From assembly GCA_029932675.1 (NCBI GenBank), contig JAOZPP010000008.1:130-64129 (forward strand): a stretch of DNA of 64,000 nt, read 5' to 3'. Shown in pieces: positions 1 through 8,952 of this stretch. Position 1 is the first letter of the stretch. Each line of letters opens with the position of its first letter. This stretch comes from a bacterium (lineage in GTDB: Bacteria > SM23-81 > DAOVCL01). The notes below the pieces were generated by a model. That model ran no database searches. It had not been told where the DNA came from and worked only from the letters and a program-made list of their open reading frames with translations. Position numbers and translations under genes: made by a program.

Positions 1-112
1 CGAGGTCCCTCCCTCGGCGGCCTTTTCCTTTGAGGCCATTTCACCAGAGAAAAACCAGGAACCCGAAGGTACCTATTGGGCCACCTTGAGGGTAGAAAGT
101 TACCAGTTGTAG
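1..112 (+). CDS. 3' end of a gene entering from the left edge (unknown product)
   Basis: Frame 2 is open from the edge (EVPPSAAFSFEAISPEK...ESYQL) to TAG at 110-112, converging on the next gene's stop. Confidence 0.4.
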   Translation, partial: EVPPSAAFSFEAISPEKNQEPEGTYWATLRVESYQL

Positions 113-114
113 AT

Positions 115-1053
115 CTATGGAGAAGCCTTGAATACCGGGAATTTGGCCATCACCGGTCGGTGGTCTGATATATCCTGGAAGTAGTTGGGTAGCTCATCAT
201 CAAGCCTAAGGGTGGTGGTGGTTCCCCCCCTGTATTCATCGATAGCGTCTTTGGAGATGAGAATGTGATCAATGAGGCTGGAGTAACGGGGGTAAGAAGC
301 GAAGTGAGGGTCACCGGCGAGGGGAAAGGTGAGAAAACGATAGTCAAGGGAGTCTTCAATGAAGACGGTGAAGGCATTTTCACCGGGGGGGTCGTTGATC
401 TGATCGTTCCAATCTCCGGCCACTACAAAATCCTTCTCCTCAGAGGAAGCTATCTGGGAATCAAGGTAGGCTTTTAGCTTCTTGGCCGCCTCTCGACGCC
501 GTTTAAGGTCAGTTGAGTCTGGCCCTGCCTTTAAATGAAGGACTAAAAGGCGGAAATCGAACCTCTGCCCATTGGCTTGGGCGACCACCGTCATCACTAA
601 TGGGGGACGAGGGAAGGCATAATGGTCATCCGTATAAATTTGGCCTACATTCAGAATGGTAATTAGGTTCTTTTTGTAGATGACTCCAGTTTTTTGATAC
701 CAATCCCTGTAATTATCTTTGGAGTAGAGCCCATTGTAGTCTGGAAGGCCCTGAAGAAGTTGGCGAAAAGCAACGGTATCACTGATCTCCTGGACGGCGA
801 AGAGGTCAACGTCGAGATCTTCAATGATCCGTTGAACCTCCCCCACCGTGGTTTCTCCGGCTAGGGGGAATGTCTCGATGTTCCAGGTAACGATCTCCAG
901 GGTTTCGTCATCCCCTTTTGGGGTCACCGAAGGAAGGGGGACATCATTGAGTATCCTCTTCTCTCGACGGCCACAGGAGATAACTAATAAACTAATTCCC
1001 AACAAGGAGATAGATAAACACCGGAAAAGGGAGATTCCCCATCTTCTGCTCAT
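115..1053 (-). CDS. Endonuclease/exonuclease/phosphatase (DNase I-like) family lipoprotein
   Basis: TWNIE, AVQE, LHLKA, AGDWN, IDHI, SDHRP motifs; N-terminal lipobox-like LVISC. Confidence 0.9.
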   Translation of the reverse strand: MSRRWGISLFRCLSISLLGISLLVISCGRREKRILNDVPLPSVTPKGDDETLEIVTWNIETFPLAGETTVGEVQRIIEDLDVDLFAVQEISDTVAFRQLLQGLPDYNGLYSKDNYRDWYQKTGVIYKKNLITILNVGQIYTDDHYAFPRPPLVMTVVAQANGQRFDFRLLVLHLKAGPDSTDLKRRREAAKKLKAYLDSQIASSEEKDFVVAGDWNDQINDPPGENAFTVFIEDSLDYRFLTFPLAGDPHFASYPRYSSLIDHILISKDAIDEYRGGTTTTLRLDDELPNYFQDISDHRPVMAKFPVFKASP

Positions 1054-1077
1054 CTCTGCCTCACCATTCTCTGAGGT

Positions 1078-1106
1078 AATCTAATGCTAAACCCTATCTT
1101 TGTCAA
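1078..1106 (-). promoter_or_regulatory. sigma70-type promoter for the nuclease gene
   Basis: TTGACA-17 nt-TAGATT on minus strand. Confidence 0.55.
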
Positions 1107-1219
1107 TAGGTTTAAATCCTTAGGTTCCCACACAATTTAAAATCTCCTTTAGTTTGAGAAGGACTTCCCTTCCCATTGCCTCCAGAGCGGGGTGATTTTT
1201 CCGGATTTAAAGAATTGGG

Positions 1220-1248
1220 TTGACAGGGAGGTGCTTTTTCGTTAAATT
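1220..1248 (+). promoter_or_regulatory. sigma70-type promoter for aldehyde dehydrogenase-lat operon
   Basis: TTGACA-17 nt-TAAATT, then AAGGAGG SD before ATG 1276. Confidence 0.6.
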
Positions 1249-1275
1249 TTGGGCACAACTACCTAAGGAGGAGGG

Positions 1276-2775
1276 ATGGCTAAAAAATTTCATAACTTTA
1301 TTGCTGGAAAGTGGTGTGAAGCCCAAAGCGGTCAGACCTTTGAGAACAGGAATCCGGCTAACTGGGATGAGGTCTTGGGGGTTTTCCCCAAGTCCGGAAA
1401 AGAGGACGTCGATAAAGCTGTGCGATCTGCCCAGGAGGGGTTCAAGGAATGGAGGAAGGTTCCTGCTCCCCAGCGGGGCCAGATTATGAAGAGGGTGGGG
1501 GATTTATTGGTCAAACACAAGGAAGATATCGCCCGTGGGATGACCAAGGAGATGGGGAAGGTGCTTATGGAAACAAGAGGAGATGTCCAGGAAGGGATTG
1601 ACACGGCTTACTATGCGGCGGGTGAGGGGAGAAGGCTCTTTGGACAGACTGCTCCTTCAGAACTTCCTAGCAAGTTTTGTGTCTCCATTCGTCAGCCCAT
1701 TGGAGTAGCAGGGGTAATTACTCCCTGGAACTTTCCTATGGCCATTCCCACTTGGAAGATCTTCCCCGCGCTTTTGTGCGGTAACTCCGTGGTCTTCAAA
1801 CCTGCTTCTGATGTCCCCCTGACCGGGACGAGATTGGTAGAACTCCTCTTGGAGGCCGGGGTTCCACCGAAGGCTATAAATCTCGTTCATGGGACCGGTT
1901 CCACCGTGGGGATTCCCTTGGTAGAACATCCGGGAGTTGATGTCATCTCTTTCACTGGTTCCTCAGCGGTGGGGAGACAGATTAGCTCCATCTCCGGTCA
2001 GGGCCTGAAGAGGCTTTCCTTGGAGCTGGGCGGAAAGAACGCCCAGATCGTTATGGATGATGCCAACCTCGATTTGGCCTTGGAAGGCGTTATCTGGGGA
2101 GCGTTTGGTACTACCGGGCAGAGGTGCACGGCCACCAGCAGGCTAATCCTTCAGGAGGGGATATATGAGGAGTTCGTAGAGCGGTTGGTGGAGAGGACGA
2201 GGAACCTTAAACTGGGCGATGGGTTGGATAGCTCCACGGATGTAGGACCAGTGATAAATGAGAAACAGAGGGAGAATATCCACAGCTACGTGGAGGTTGG
2301 CCAAAGGGAGGGGGCAAGGCTCCTTTGCGGTGGGGAATCAGCCAACGAGGGAAAGCTCTCCAAGGGATTTTTCTATAGGCCAACGATATTTGTGGATGTT
2401 ACCCCCCAGATGAGGATAGCTAAGGAGGAGATATTTGGGCCTGTCCTCGCTGTTTTGAAGGTGAAGACCCTGGATGAAGCCATCGAGGTCCTTAATGCTA
2501 CTCCTTATGGCCTCTCCTCTTCTATTTATACCCAGGATGTAAACCAGGCCTTTCGCGCCATAGAGGATATAGAGGCGGGGATAACCTATATCAACGGTCC
2601 CACAATTGGGGCGGAGGCACATCTTCCCTTTGGTGGCGTTAAGGATACCGGAAATGGACATCGGGAAGGAGGATGGACCGTATATGATATCTTCACTGAG
2701 TGGAAGACAATCTATGTGGATTACAGTGGGAAACTGCAGAAAGCTCAGATAGATACAGAGAAAGAAAGGGCTTGA
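1276..2775 (+). CDS. Aldehyde dehydrogenase (likely aminoadipate-semialdehyde/piperideine-6-carboxylate dehydrogenase)
   Basis: PWNFP, FTGS, LELGGKN, GQRCTA, EEIFGP motifs; directly upstream of lat. Confidence 0.92.
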   Translation: MAKKFHNFIAGKWCEAQSGQTFENRNPANWDEVLGVFPKSGKEDVDKAVRSAQEGFKEWRKVPAPQRGQIMKRVGDLLVKHKEDIARGMTKEMGKVLMETRGDVQEGIDTAYYAAGEGRRLFGQTAPSELPSKFCVSIRQPIGVAGVITPWNFPMAIPTWKIFPALLCGNSVVFKPASDVPLTGTRLVELLLEAGVPPKAINLVHGTGSTVGIPLVEHPGVDVISFTGSSAVGRQISSISGQGLKRLSLELGGKNAQIVMDDANLDLALEGVIWGAFGTTGQRCTATSRLILQEGIYEEFVERLVERTRNLKLGDGLDSSTDVGPVINEKQRENIHSYVEVGQREGARLLCGGESANEGKLSKGFFYRPTIFVDVTPQMRIAKEEIFGPVLAVLKVKTLDEAIEVLNATPYGLSSSIYTQDVNQAFRAIEDIEAGITYINGPTIGAEAHLPFGGVKDTGNGHREGGWTVYDIFTEWKTIYVDYSGKLQKAQIDTEKERA

Positions 2776-2776
2776 T

Positions 2777-4099
2777 ATGGAGAAGATCACACCCCAAAAT
2801 GTGCATGCGGTCTTGAAGAAGCATATGCTCATCGATGGATACGATCTGGTCTTTGACCTGAAGAAAAGCCAGGGCTCCTATATTTATGACTCCAGGAAAG
2901 GGAGGAAGCTCTTAGACTTTTTTACCTTCTTTGCTTCCTCCCCCATAGGTTATAACCACCCTAAGCTAATTTCACCTGAGTTCCAGGAGAAGTTGGCCTA
3001 TGTAGCCGTAAACAAGGTTACCAACTCCGATTTCTACACCGTTGAGCTGGCCGAATTCGTCGATACTTTTGCCCGAGTGGCTATCCCCCAGTATCTCCCT
3101 CACCTCTTTCTGATCAGTGGGGGAGCTCTGGCCGTGGAAAATGCCTTGAAGACAGCCTTTGACTGGAAGGTGAGGAAGAACTTTGCCAAAGGATACTCAA
3201 AGGAGAAGGGGCATCAGGTAATCGGCTTCGAGCAAGCCTTCCATGGGCGCACTGGTTATACCCTCTCCTTGACCAATACTTTTGATCTGCGTAAGACGAT
3301 GTATTTTCCCAAGTTTAGATGGCCAAGGGTATTAAATCCCAAGCTTACTTTCCCCCTGAATGAGGAGAATTTGAGGGAAGTAGAGAAGGCGGAGAAGGAG
3401 AGCTTGGCTCAGATCAAGGATGCTCTAGCGAAAAACCGGGATGATGTTGCCGCCATAATTATTGAGCCAATCCAGGGGGAAGGGGGGGATAACCACTTCC
3501 GGGGCGAATTCCTGCGCGCCTTAAAGGAGATTGCCGATGAGGAGGAATTATTCCTTATCTTGGATGAGGTGCAGACGGGCATAGGCCTAACCGGCAAGAT
3601 GTGGGCCCATCAGCATTTTGATCTGGAGCCGGATATAATCTGTTTTGGTAAGAAGAGTCAGGTTTGTGGGATACTCTGTGGATCGAAAGTTGATGAAGTG
3701 GAGGGAAATGTCTTTCAGGAGTCGAGCAGGCTCAACTCCACATTTGGAGGAAACATAGTGGATATGGTGAGGTTTCAGCGATACCTGGAGGTCATCGAGG
3801 AGGAAAATTTAGTGGAGAATGCCCGCAGGATGGGGGACTATCTCCTCTCTAAGCTTCAGGAAATCCGGGAATCCTTTCCCGAAAAGGTAAGTAATGTCCG
3901 GGGGAGGGGGCTGATGGCCGCCTTTGACTTGCCTGACTCCAGAATAAGGGATGAGCTTAAGGAAAGAATCTACCAGAACGGTATGCTTTGCCTTGGCTGC
4001 GGCGAGCGAACGATAAGGTTTAGACCCCCGCTGAACATTTCCTCCGAGGAGATAGATGAAGGAGCCAGGATTCTGTGGAAGAGCTTAAGGGAGGTTTAA
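2777..4099 (+). CDS. lat: L-lysine 6-aminotransferase (class III PLP)
   Basis: SGGALAVENALKTAFDWK, AFHGRTGY, EPIQGEGGD, DEVQTG, FGKK motifs typical of Lat. Confidence 0.9.
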   Translation: MEKITPQNVHAVLKKHMLIDGYDLVFDLKKSQGSYIYDSRKGRKLLDFFTFFASSPIGYNHPKLISPEFQEKLAYVAVNKVTNSDFYTVELAEFVDTFARVAIPQYLPHLFLISGGALAVENALKTAFDWKVRKNFAKGYSKEKGHQVIGFEQAFHGRTGYTLSLTNTFDLRKTMYFPKFRWPRVLNPKLTFPLNEENLREVEKAEKESLAQIKDALAKNRDDVAAIIIEPIQGEGGDNHFRGEFLRALKEIADEEELFLILDEVQTGIGLTGKMWAHQHFDLEPDIICFGKKSQVCGILCGSKVDEVEGNVFQESSRLNSTFGGNIVDMVRFQRYLEVIEEENLVENARRMGDYLLSKLQEIRESFPEKVSNVRGRGLMAAFDLPDSRIRDELKERIYQNGMLCLGCGERTIRFRPPLNISSEEIDEGARILWKSLREV

Positions 4100-4138
4100 A
4101 TCCGAATAACCAACTTCAGCCCTTAGACTTCCCACCAC

Positions 4139-4175
4139 GAGGTGGCAGACCCAAGATCTGCCACCTCAACTTTTC
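4139..4175 (+). terminator. Probable intrinsic terminator after lat
   Basis: gaggtggcaga-loop-tctgccacctc hairpin followed by aactttt. Confidence 0.5.
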
Positions 4176-4260
4176 TCCGCAGGAGAAGGGCCCACGGCTT
4201 CTGGGGCTTGAATGGGAGGTTCTCTTGCCGTAAACCAAGGGGAATAAATCAAACATTTGC

Positions 4261-4289
4261 TTGACAATTGGATTCGGCTTTATTATTAT
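4261..4289 (+). promoter_or_regulatory. sigma70-type promoter for carD-sigma operon
   Basis: TTGACA-17 nt-TATTAT. Confidence 0.55.
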
Positions 4290-4320
4290 GAGAGAAAGAA
4301 CCCTTAGAAGGATGAGAGCA

Positions 4321-4815
4321 ATGAGTGAAGTTTTTTCCCCAGGTGACAAAGTTGTCCACAAGAGGTTGGGGGGAGGTTATATAAGGTCAGTAACCAAAAA
4401 GGAAATAGACGGAGAAGAGATAAATTGTTTGGAGATAGATTTCATTCTCAGCGATATGCGGGCCTATGTTCCCCTTTCTCAAACCGGACTAGAGGGGTTG
4501 CGGAAACCAATAAGTTCAGAGGAGATCGATGAGATGAGGGGAACTCTTCTCGCCCCTGCCACAGAGTTAGAGGGCGATTGGAAGAACAGGGCTAAATATC
4601 TCCGGGATAAACTCTGTCAGGGAAATCCTTATCAAATCGCAGAGATTATCAGGGACCTTTATCCGGGGGCAATTTTAGATAAGTTAACCGCCACGGAAAA
4701 GTCGATCTTGGAGAGGGCCAAACACCTTTTGGCTAGCGAGGTGAGCCTGGTAGAGGGAATCACCCTTGACGAGGCGGTGGAGATAATAGAGGAGACCGTA
4801 GGAGAGAAGAGTTAG
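4321..4815 (+). CDS. carD: CarD/CdnL family RNA polymerase-binding regulator
   Basis: F.PGDKVVH..GGG N-terminus, YVP, LRKPIS, conserved Trp in DWKNR; start taken at MSEVF (4321). Confidence 0.8.
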   Translation: MSEVFSPGDKVVHKRLGGGYIRSVTKKEIDGEEINCLEIDFILSDMRAYVPLSQTGLEGLRKPISSEEIDEMRGTLLAPATELEGDWKNRAKYLRDKLCQGNPYQIAEIIRDLYPGAILDKLTATEKSILERAKHLLASEVSLVEGITLDEAVEIIEETVGEKS

Positions 4816-4823
4816 GGGAGAAG

Positions 4824-5684
4824 ATGTCTAGGGTAAGAAGGGCCAGATCAAGGAGGAGAGAATCATTGATATTGGAGAGATATCTCAAAGATGTAAATAC
4901 TATTCCCCTTCTCTCCCCGGAACAGGAGGCTGAGCTCTCCCAACGGATAAAGGAGGGAAGCCAGGAGGCTTTGCAACAACTGGTAAAGGCAAACCTCAGA
5001 TTTGTGGTGAGCGTAGCGAAGCAATATCAGAATCAAGGGATGCCCCTCTTAGATCTGATCAATGAGGGGAACATTGGCCTGATTGAGGCTGCAAAAAGGT
5101 TTGATGCGAGCAAAGGCTACAAATTCATCTCCTATGCGGTTTGGTGGATAAGACAAGCCATCCTTAAGGCGCTTGCTGAACAGTCTCGTTTGGTCAGGCT
5201 GCCCCTAAACAGGATAAGTGAGCTCTGTAAGATAGTCCAAAAGTCCAGATATCTCGAACAAAAACTACATCGAGCCCCTCAGATAAAGGAGATAGTTGAG
5301 GAATTAGGGATTGCCGAGGATGAAGCTACTGATATCATCCAGCTATCGGGCCTTCCCGCCCCTTTAGATGCCCCCTTGGATAGGGACGATGATCGCAGCC
5401 TTCTCCATATCTTGCCCAACGAGAGGCAGCCTTCTCCTGACAAGGAGACTATGGATAAAAGCTTGATCAGAGAGTTAAGGAGGATATTGGCTACCTTGGC
5501 TCCCAGAGAAGCGGAGATAATCAAGCTATATTATGGATTGGAGGGGGAGAGGCCCCATACCTTAGAGGAGATTGGAAGGAAATTTGGGCTCTCCAGAGAG
5601 AGGGCGAGGCAGATTAAGAAGAAGGCCCTCATTAAACTCAGGCACACCTCCCGGAGTAGTTCTCTCAGGCCATATATAAGTTGA
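4824..5684 (+). CDS. RNA polymerase sigma70 factor (short RpoD/SigA type, no region 1.1)
   Basis: ANLRFVVSVAKQY, DLINEGNIGL, FISYAVWWIRQ, TLEEIG..FGLSRERARQI. Confidence 0.93.
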   Translation: MSRVRRARSRRRESLILERYLKDVNTIPLLSPEQEAELSQRIKEGSQEALQQLVKANLRFVVSVAKQYQNQGMPLLDLINEGNIGLIEAAKRFDASKGYKFISYAVWWIRQAILKALAEQSRLVRLPLNRISELCKIVQKSRYLEQKLHRAPQIKEIVEELGIAEDEATDIIQLSGLPAPLDAPLDRDDDRSLLHILPNERQPSPDKETMDKSLIRELRRILATLAPREAEIIKLYYGLEGERPHTLEEIGRKFGLSRERARQIKKKALIKLRHTSRSSSLRPYIS

Positions 5685-5723
5685 CCTTGGTTATAAATAT
5701 ATAGGAAATTCTCTGGAGGAAAA

Positions 5724-5888
5724 ATGTTAGATGATGAGCTCTTACAAATTTTGGCCTGCCCAAAATGCAAGGGGGATCTGGAGTATGACCCCCAAGGGGG
5801 ATGGCTCATCTGCCACCATTGTAGGTTGAAGTATCCCATCCGGGACGAGATCCCCGTAATGCTTATCGATGAGGCTGAAGAGTTCTAA
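5724..5888 (+). CDS. Trm112/YcaR family small protein (not in ORF track)
   Basis: Own translation MLDDELLQILACPKCKGDLEY...LICHHCRLKYPIRDEIPVMLIDEAEEF; GGAGG SD upstream. Confidence 0.9.
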   Translation: MLDDELLQILACPKCKGDLEYDPQGGWLICHHCRLKYPIRDEIPVMLIDEAEEF

Positions 5889-5891
5889 GGG

Positions 5892-6677
5892 ATGCAAGTT
5901 CCTTTCCGACTTACCGCTGCCCATCTGAAGTATGTAGTCCTTATCTTTACCCTCCTTCTTTCCCTAATTATTATGGGTCTAAACCAGAGGGAAAAGACCC
6001 AGTTGGCCAAGGCCGGTTCTCTGGCCTTTATCCCCGCCCAAAGGCTGCTCTTTTACCTGGTGAGAATGGGAAATATCTATGAGGAGAATAGGAGGCTCAG
6101 GTTGCTGAACACTAAGCTCTCCCTTGAGGTGAGGAGGATGGAGCACCTAAAGGAGGAAAACGATAGGCTGCGGAAGATACTCAACTTCAAGGAGAGGGCC
6201 CCCTACAGGTTGGTTCCTGCTGAGATCATCGGGAGGGGACCGGAGAGATCGGCCAATTCCTTGATCATAGATAGTGGAGAGGCCGAAGGGATAAGGGTGA
6301 ACCAGCCCGTGATCTCCGCTGAGGGTTTGGTGGGGAGGATAATAGAGGTGCGGGGAGGGAGATCAACTGTCCTCCTCCTCTTGGACCCAAACTGCAGGGC
6401 CAGCTCTCTGGTGGAGAGGAGCAAGGTCTATTCCTTAATGGAATGTGATGGGGGGAGATGCTACTTAAAGGGCGTTCCCCTCTACGCTGACGTTCAAAAG
6501 GGGGATGTAGTAGTCACTTCCGGATGGGGGGGGATATTCCCCCCAAACTTGAGGCTGGGAACGGTGAGGAGGGTTTCTACCCGCAAGTCAAAGCTTCTCA
6601 AGGAAGTAGAGGTAAAGCCAGCGGTTGATTTCACCGGTCTCAAGGAAGTCTTTGTCCTGCAAAGGGAAGAGGATTGA
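5892..6677 (+). CDS. mreC: Rod shape-determining protein MreC
   Basis: TM plus coiled coil (ENDRLRKIL), GLVGRI, VTSG.GGIFPP; gene order. Confidence 0.9.
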   Translation: MQVPFRLTAAHLKYVVLIFTLLLSLIIMGLNQREKTQLAKAGSLAFIPAQRLLFYLVRMGNIYEENRRLRLLNTKLSLEVRRMEHLKEENDRLRKILNFKERAPYRLVPAEIIGRGPERSANSLIIDSGEAEGIRVNQPVISAEGLVGRIIEVRGGRSTVLLLLDPNCRASSLVERSKVYSLMECDGGRCYLKGVPLYADVQKGDVVVTSGWGGIFPPNLRLGTVRRVSTRKSKLLKEVEVKPAVDFTGLKEVFVLQREED

Positions 6678-6680
6678 ATT

Positions 6681-7217
6681 ATGGCCCAGAAGATCATCAA
6701 ATATCTTCTCGTCTTCCTTTTGGTCACTATCCTTCAATCCACAGTAGTGGATGCCTTCTCCATCCAGGGAATAAAACCAGATCTGATCCTCTTCTTTCTC
6801 TTCTACATCGCGCTTAAGGAGGGACCTGTTTGGGGGGCCATTTGGGGGTTTATCTTTGGGTTGACCATTGACTCCACCTATACCCCCCTCCAGTTGGGGA
6901 TTGGTTCCTTTAGCCAGGCCAGTTTCGGTTTCCTGGCCGGTAATTGGGGGGATAAGATCTACCTGGAGACCCCTCGTTCTAAGAGCCTTTTCCTCTTCTC
7001 TTTAGTCATCATTCATGATATCCTCAGGTATGGGTTGGGGAGGATAGGCGACTGCGGACTTGCCTTTTGGCACCTTCTCCTCACTAAGACCCTCCCCGCG
7101 GCTGCCTATACAGCTATCCTCGGGGGGGGTATCTACTATCTCCTTAAGAGACAGGCTGAAAAGGGATATATAATTGGTTCACTCAAGGGGAAAGAGGAGG
7201 CAGGGAGGGGAGCCTAA
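6681..7217 (+). CDS. mreD: Rod shape-determining protein MreD
   Basis: Hydrophobic, PDLIL motif, between mreC and mrdA. Confidence 0.85.
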   Translation: MAQKIIKYLLVFLLVTILQSTVVDAFSIQGIKPDLILFFLFYIALKEGPVWGAIWGFIFGLTIDSTYTPLQLGIGSFSQASFGFLAGNWGDKIYLETPRSKSLFLFSLVIIHDILRYGLGRIGDCGLAFWHLLLTKTLPAAAYTAILGGGIYYLLKRQAEKGYIIGSLKGKEEAGRGA

Positions 7218-8952
7218 ATACAGGGCCTCGATTTGGCTTCTCCTGGTCCTCTTCGGTCTTCTCTCCTTAAGGCTTATCTGGCTCCAGGGGCTTCAATCGG
7301 CAAGGTATAGGAGATGGGCGGAGAACAATCGGGTCAGGGCGCTTAGGATTCAGGCTCCCCGGGGTGAGATAAGGGACCGAGAGGGGAATATCCTCGCGCA
7401 GGATCGGCCCTCCTATACAGTTTCCATCATTCCCTCCCAATTCAACAGGGATGAGGAGCCCATCTTGGTCAGGCTTCTCTCCCTCGATTCGGCTTCCGTC
7501 GATAAGAAGATTGGCCAGAGGGGACTTCCACCCTTTGAACCCCTCCGGCTGAAGAGGGATGTGGACTTTCACCTGATTTGTTGGCTGGAGGAACATGGCC
7601 TTTCCGGGGTGATCTATGAATTGGAGCCGAGAAGGTTCTATCCCTATGGGGAGGCAACTGCTCACCTCTTGGGGTATGTAGGCCAGCTTTCCAGGGGGGA
7701 GTACGAAAGGCTTAGATCCTTAGGGTATGGATATAATTCTGTCATCGGCAGATTTGGGTTGGAAAAGGAATACGAAAGCCTTCTGCGGGGTCGGGATGGG
7801 GTGGAATACTGGGAAGTAACCGCCTATGGCAAGCCGGTGGGAAGATTTGAAGGCAAACCCACCCAATTACCCCAACCAGGGTCCCAGCTCGATCTCACTT
7901 TGGACCTCCAGCTCCAGATCTGGATCAGAGATAACTTTCCTGATACCCTAAATGGCTCTGTTGTAGCCATAGACCCACGTAACGGGGGGGTATTAGCCCT
8001 TTATAGTTCACCCTCATTCGACCCCAATCTCCTCTCCGGGGTTACCCAGGAGAGCACATGGACCAACCTGAGGGAAGATCCCCGTTCCCCCCTTATCAAC
8101 CGGGCCATTCAGGCTGCCTATCCACCAGGATCAACCCTGAAACCTATAGTGGCGGGCGCGGCACTTCAGGAAGGCCTGGTGGAGGAGTCAACTAGGCTTA
8201 CCCCTTGCCAGGGGGCGTTTAGGTATGGCAATAGGCTGTTTAGGTGTTGGAAGGTTCATGGAGATTTGGATCTCGAGGGGGCCATAGTCCAATCCTGTGA
8301 TATATACCACTACCAACTGGGGATTATGCTTGGGGTGGAGGGGCTTTCGGCTTATGCGCTCAAATGTGGGTTGGGAAGAAAGCAGGGTATTGACCTCCCC
8401 GGAGAGGTTCCTGGTCTGGTCCCCACCCCCCGCTACTTCAACGAAAGATATGGTAAGGGGAGATGGACAACGGGGTTAGCCCTTAACCTGGCTATTGGAC
8501 AGGGGGAGACCTTGGTGACTCCCCTGCAGATTGCGGTGATCTACTCCGCAATCGCTAATGGAGGGTGGCTTTATACCCCTTTCTTGGTTAAGGGAATAAA
8601 GGGTCCAGATGGTTCCTATAGGCGGCCGAAGAGGGACAACCCTCAGAGGCTGCCCTTTTCCCCTGCCGTGCTTAAGGTGCTCAGGAAGGCTCTCATAGGG
8701 GTAGTCAACGATGAGGAGGGAACGGGCCAGAGGGCACAGCTAAAGAAGGTTTTGGTAGCCGGGAAGACTGGAACTGCTCAGAACCCTCATGGCCCGGATC
8801 ACGCCTGGTTTGTTGGCTATGCACCCGCCGATAATCCGAAGATAGCGGTTGCGGTTCTGTTGGAAAATGGAGGACATGGGGGGACTACTGCTGCCCCTTT
8901 AGCCGGTGAAATCATGCGCTTTTACCTAAGAGGCGAAGATGAGGGGCTTTGA
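7174..8952 (+). CDS. mrdA: Penicillin-binding protein 2
   Basis: RGEIRDR, PGSTLK (SxxK), SCD, KTGTAQ. Confidence 0.93.
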   Translation: MVHSRGKRRQGGEPKYRASIWLLLVLFGLLSLRLIWLQGLQSARYRRWAENNRVRALRIQAPRGEIRDREGNILAQDRPSYTVSIIPSQFNRDEEPILVRLLSLDSASVDKKIGQRGLPPFEPLRLKRDVDFHLICWLEEHGLSGVIYELEPRRFYPYGEATAHLLGYVGQLSRGEYERLRSLGYGYNSVIGRFGLEKEYESLLRGRDGVEYWEVTAYGKPVGRFEGKPTQLPQPGSQLDLTLDLQLQIWIRDNFPDTLNGSVVAIDPRNGGVLALYSSPSFDPNLLSGVTQESTWTNLREDPRSPLINRAIQAAYPPGSTLKPIVAGAALQEGLVEESTRLTPCQGAFRYGNRLFRCWKVHGDLDLEGAIVQSCDIYHYQLGIMLGVEGLSAYALKCGLGRKQGIDLPGEVPGLVPTPRYFNERYGKGRWTTGLALNLAIGQGETLVTPLQIAVIYSAIANGGWLYTPFLVKGIKGPDGSYRRPKRDNPQRLPFSPAVLKVLRKALIGVVNDEEGTGQRAQLKKVLVAGKTGTAQNPHGPDHAWFVGYAPADNPKIAVAVLLENGGHGGTTAAPLAGEIMRFYLRGEDEGL

